From a virus, in IMG/VR virus record IMGVR_UViG_3300002143_000079, positions 16,336 through 80,335 of that record: a stretch of DNA of 64,000 nt; one strand, given 5' to 3'. The notes beneath the pieces were generated by a model that was given only the letters and a program-made list of their open reading frames with translations, searched no databases and was not told the origin of the DNA. This document shows, in pieces, positions 60,930 through 64,000 of this stretch (position 1 is its first letter; every line of letters begins with the position of its first letter). The translations under genes were made by a program, and so were the position numbers.

Positions 60930-60961
60930 GGGAGAGTGCAGTTGGTTACGAGCACTCTCCC
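60930..60961 (+). terminator. Terminator-like hairpin
   Basis: GGGAGAGTGC...GCACTCTCCC. Confidence 0.6.
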
Positions 60962-61039
60962 TAATACTTTGTGGGTGGGGGGTGGTACCTCCCAAATAGG
61001 CAGTTGACTTTTTATAAATTTCCTGTAATCTCTTTGTAT

Positions 61040-61741
61040 ATGAAAAATCCAATTTTGAACGTCGGTACGAATACCAAAACGGTGAAGGGTGATAAGCTAG
61101 GATACTCAACCGCGATAGCATATCTGGCTCCAAGTGATGAATCTGGTTACAATACTTGTCCAAATGCGTCGAAAGGTTGTCGCAAGGCGTGTCTCTTTAC
61201 CGCTGGTATGGGTAATTTCTCCAACGTCAAAAAGGCTCGAATTTATAAAACGGTGTCTTTCTTTGAAAATACCGATTTGTGGATGAAACGTCTGATTTTT
61301 GACATTAACAAGCTCGTCAAAGACAGTACCAAGGGGGGTACCACCCCGTGTATACGTATCAATGGAACCAGCGACATTGCTTGGGAAGATCAACTGGTGG
61401 ATGGTAAAAACGTCATGGATATGTTTCCTAATATCCAGTTTTATGATTATAGTAAATCAGAAAAACGAATGATGAAATTTCTAACCGGTGATTTTCCTAA
61501 AAACTATCATCTGACATTTTCTAAAAGTGAATCTAATGATGAATCTGTGATGCGAGTTTTGAAAGCTGGTGGTAATGTTGCTGTTGTATTCAAAAATTTA
61601 CCAGATACATACTTGGGTTATCCCGTCATTGATGGAGATGAAACGGATTTGCGATTTTTGGATTCGAGTAATGTTATTGTAGGACTGACTGCGAAAGGGA
61701 AAGCTAGAACGGATACGTCTGGATTTGTAGTTTCACCATAA
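61040..61741 (+). CDS. Phage gp88-like protein (three-Cys cluster, radical-SAM-like)
   Basis: TCPNASKGCRKACL, RINGTSD, FYDYSK, DGDETDLRF. Confidence 0.72.
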   Translation: MKNPILNVGTNTKTVKGDKLGYSTAIAYLAPSDESGYNTCPNASKGCRKACLFTAGMGNFSNVKKARIYKTVSFFENTDLWMKRLIFDINKLVKDSTKGGTTPCIRINGTSDIAWEDQLVDGKNVMDMFPNIQFYDYSKSEKRMMKFLTGDFPKNYHLTFSKSESNDESVMRVLKAGGNVAVVFKNLPDTYLGYPVIDGDETDLRFLDSSNVIVGLTAKGKARTDTSGFVVSP

Positions 61742-61769
61742 ATTATTCAATTATGGTAATGCAAAAAAA

Positions 61770-62048
61770 GTGATGAAACGTAAAAAGTTCACACACTTCA
61801 CTAAAATAACGGCGATGGATTTGTATCATGTCGTCAAAAAACAAAAATGTCGATGTGCATTAACAGGTCAAAAATTAAAAGCCAATACTATCTCGGTGGA
61901 TCACATCGTGGCTTTATCTAATGGTGGTAAGAATGAAATTGATAATATCAGGCTTGTACATGTGGATATAAATCGGATGAAGTTAGCATATGATGATGCC
62001 ACGTTTTTAGAAAACTGTCGGTTAGTGGTCAACCATAAATCCACTTGA
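61770..62048 (+). CDS. HNH endonuclease, paralog of 59194..59625
   Basis: CALTG...SVDHIVALSNGGKNEIDNIRLVHVDIN.MK. Confidence 0.82.
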   Translation: MMKRKKFTHFTKITAMDLYHVVKKQKCRCALTGQKLKANTISVDHIVALSNGGKNEIDNIRLVHVDINRMKLAYDDATFLENCRLVVNHKST

Positions 62049-62112
62049 GGGGTGGTACCCCCTTCCCGAAAGGGATTGACATTTTATCACAATCAAATAA
62101 CATAAGGTATAT

Positions 62113-62382
62113 ATGAAGATTCAAGCAGTAAATAAAGTTGGTGATTCTCGTACAGGTTCATTGTCAGGCCTTTCTGTCGAGGATATTGAAAAGGTGTTAG
62201 GCTTTCCCGCAAACTGTGAGGATGATCCCGACAAGGTGAAATACAGTTGGGGTTTCACCGTCGATGGCGTCCGTTGTGGCATTTGGGATTACAAAGGCGG
62301 TTATCAGTTTAACTCATTCAGCACCTTTGGACCAACGGAAATATTCATCAAACTTTTTGGTGAAAAAAACGTGGGTTATTGA
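62113..62382 (+). CDS. Hypothetical early protein
   Basis: Own promoter; KVKYSW...IWDYK. Confidence 0.65.
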   Translation: MKIQAVNKVGDSRTGSLSGLSVEDIEKVLGFPANCEDDPDKVKYSWGFTVDGVRCGIWDYKGGYQFNSFSTFGPTEIFIKLFGEKNVGY

Positions 62383-62425
62383 AAATTTTCGTTGACTTTT
62401 TATAAATCTGAAATATTCTCAATTT

Positions 62426-62688
62426 ATGAAGATTTTCGTGACTCTTTCGTTTCTGTTTATCGTTATCATTACTTGCCCGTTTTTGGATGGGTGCAGCAAG
62501 CCATGGGTAAGAATCATCCCGAACACATATCCGGGGTGGTTCTGGAAAAGAGTGTTAAATCCGTCTATTCCCGTGCTGGAAGAATTGAATATTTCTATGT
62601 AACCATCGTCGAAACAAATAGTTACGTGGTTAGTGAGGGTGTGTACAACCACACGTCTGTTGGTGAAAAGATTTACGTGGCTGAATAA
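62426..62688 (+). pseudogene. Probably frameshifted membrane-anchored protein gene
   Basis: Leaderless MKIFVTLSFLFIVII continues most plausibly, one nt short, as LPVFGWVQQ...VLEKSVK...GEKIYVAE. Confidence 0.5.
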
Positions 62689-62951
62689 AACAAAGATATG
62701 AAAATTGATACTGATGGATTGCTTGTGTGTTTAATACTCGGTCTTTTCTTCATAGGAACCTTCGTGGGTTTCCGAGCTGGAGAAGAGTCGGCCACCAAAA
62801 AGTTCAAGACAGAGTTGGTTGAACGAGGGGTGGCTGAATACAATTCAACCAATGGGGTGTGGCAGTACAAAAAGTAAAACAGGGGAGGGGTACCCCCTCC
62901 TAGAAACGAAATAACCGTTGACTTTTTATAGAACAGATATACTCTTCATTT

Positions 62952-63152
62952 ATGCAAGTTAAAAAGATTACACCCGGATTCGTTATTCAGACGTTTGATA
63001 CCGAAACTGGCAAGTGGGTGTCTCAAGAGTTTATAGCAAGCGATGAGACTGTCTATGAAAATGCCGATAGTGAACAGTTTGATGAAGATGGTGGCGACTT
63101 GGAAGGTGCAGATGAATCCTATCTGCCATTTGATATGGTTCAACCTTCTTGA
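62952..63152 (+). CDS. Acidic hypothetical early protein
   Basis: Own promoter; stop inside next TTGAC. Confidence 0.65.
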   Translation: MQVKKITPGFVIQTFDTETGKWVSQEFIASDETVYENADSEQFDEDGGDLEGADESYLPFDMVQPS

Positions 63153-63186
63153 CAAACCTCGGTGGTTGAGTTAGTATTGGTGGTCT

Positions 63187-63435
63187 ATGGATTTATTAAA
63201 TAACAAACCACCACAAGCTGGCGTAACACTAGACTCAACCACCGAAGTATCTTGCGACGAATGTCATTCTACTACTTTCAGCGAAGCAGTAATGATGCGG
63301 AAAGTTTCCCGTATTGTTACTGGAGCAGCAAAAGATTCTTACGTTCCCATTCCCGTATTTATCTGCACCGCATGCGGATGTGTGAATGACGAATTCATTC
63401 CACTCGAATTGAGAAAACCAAAAATTACCGTTTAA
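63187..63435 (+). CDS. Zinc-ribbon protein
   Basis: CDEC...PIPVFICTACG. Confidence 0.7.
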   Translation: MDLLNNKPPQAGVTLDSTTEVSCDECHSTTFSEAVMMRKVSRIVTGAAKDSYVPIPVFICTACGCVNDEFIPLELRKPKITV

Positions 63436-63473
63436 CCGTTGACATTTACCCAAACAACTGATACATTATAAAA

Positions 63474-63785
63474 ATGAAAATGACCTTGCAATGTAACCTC
63501 GCTGAAGCAGCGGAAATGATTCGTAAATCCTGTAGTGGTGTGACGGATGTAGTCATCGAAACCACCCCTACCACCCCTGGAATGAATTACGTCGAAGCCA
63601 TCTATCGTGTCACTCGACTGGAATTCCCCAATACCTACGCAAGTTCCCACAAGATTCCGGCAATCAAGCGTATGCGTGAGTTGGTTGGTGGATTGGGTCT
63701 GGCCGGAGCCAAAGCCGCAGTGGAACAGCCTGACCGGGCTATGATGTATTTCGTCACGAATGGTTGTCCAATGACGAACTACTGA
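63474..63785 (+). CDS. Protein with ribosomal L7/L12 C-terminal-like motif
   Basis: KIPAIKRMRELVGGLGLAGAKAAVE resembles bL12 KIxVIKxVRExTGLGLKEAKxxVE. Confidence 0.6.
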   Translation: MKMTLQCNLAEAAEMIRKSCSGVTDVVIETTPTTPGMNYVEAIYRVTRLEFPNTYASSHKIPAIKRMRELVGGLGLAGAKAAVEQPDRAMMYFVTNGCPMTNY

Positions 63786-63845
63786 GAGATAGGGAGACGA
63801 AAGAATTTTTATCTTTTCGTCTTCCTATTAGATACTTATCTCTGT

Positions 63846-64000
63846 ATGAGAAAATACAGAGACTATACCAATGACGATGTAATTCAAGCAGCAAAAGCCG
63901 TATCCTCCCTTGCTGGATTATTAAGGAAATTAAACCTTGTTCAAGCTGGGGGGAATTATGCGAATATGAAGAGGCTCTTACAGAACCTCAATGTCGATAC
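63846..64000 (+). CDS. Partial gene, N-terminus typical of HNH endonucleases
   Basis: YTNDDVIQAAK...SLAGLLRKLNL...GGNYANMKR; truncated by window end. Confidence 0.55.
   Translation, partial: MRKYRDYTNDDVIQAAKAVSSLAGLLRKLNLVQAGGNYANMKRLLQNLNVD

Larger units (their letters stand above)
59660..63465 (+). promoter_or_regulatory. Repeated early promoters, plus strand
   Basis: TTGAC boxes near 59660, 59777, 59927, 60329, 61004, 62076, 62392, 62918, 63149, 63439 with the same spacing. Confidence 0.82.

Noticed and set aside
1-64000. Stop-codon reassignment to explain interrupted ORFs
   Set aside because: Long genes are intact in the standard code; TAA, TAG and TGA all terminate genes; lesions are of mixed type
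1-64000. tRNA genes, reverse transcriptase/DGR, retron
   Set aside because: The only tRNA-like ends seen belong to the tmRNA; no RT motifs or template/variable repeat pair noticed by eye

Overview
A 64-kb segment of a large, AT-rich tailed phage genome (myovirus-like baseplate genes, standard genetic code, probably a Gram-negative host). It has three parts. (1) 1-35.9 kb, all minus strand: virion/baseplate genes, a fused SbcD-SbcC nuclease, primase, RuvC-like resolvase, a putative late sigma factor, PhoH, an HD protein, a tmRNA and an outer-membrane beta-barrel. Many of these genes have a TATTTAT motif just before the ATG. (2) About 35.9-36.3 kb: a non-coding block of ~60-bp tandem repeats and G/C tracts. 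(3) 36.3-64 kb: a dense accessory/early region, switching strand at ~59.65 kb. More than 40 copies (manual count) of a sigma70-type promoter (TTGAC..ATAAA..TAnnnT) each drive one or a few small, mostly leaderless genes. Paralogs, broken genes, homing endonucleases, an RNA ligase, SprT and a TnpB element are interspersed. The best candidate for an undescribed system is a twice-occurring unit missed by the ORF track: promoter, short peptide ending RDGPN-stop (conserved through synonymous changes), covarying structured RNA, invariant AUG-AAA-UGA minigene, hairpin. Other highlights are a clear type II hammerhead ribozyme, a TnpB whose predicted TAM+guide resembles the phage's own repeated promoter motif, and further promoter-driven ncRNA candidates. 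All calls come from reading the sequence by eye; no database searches were run.
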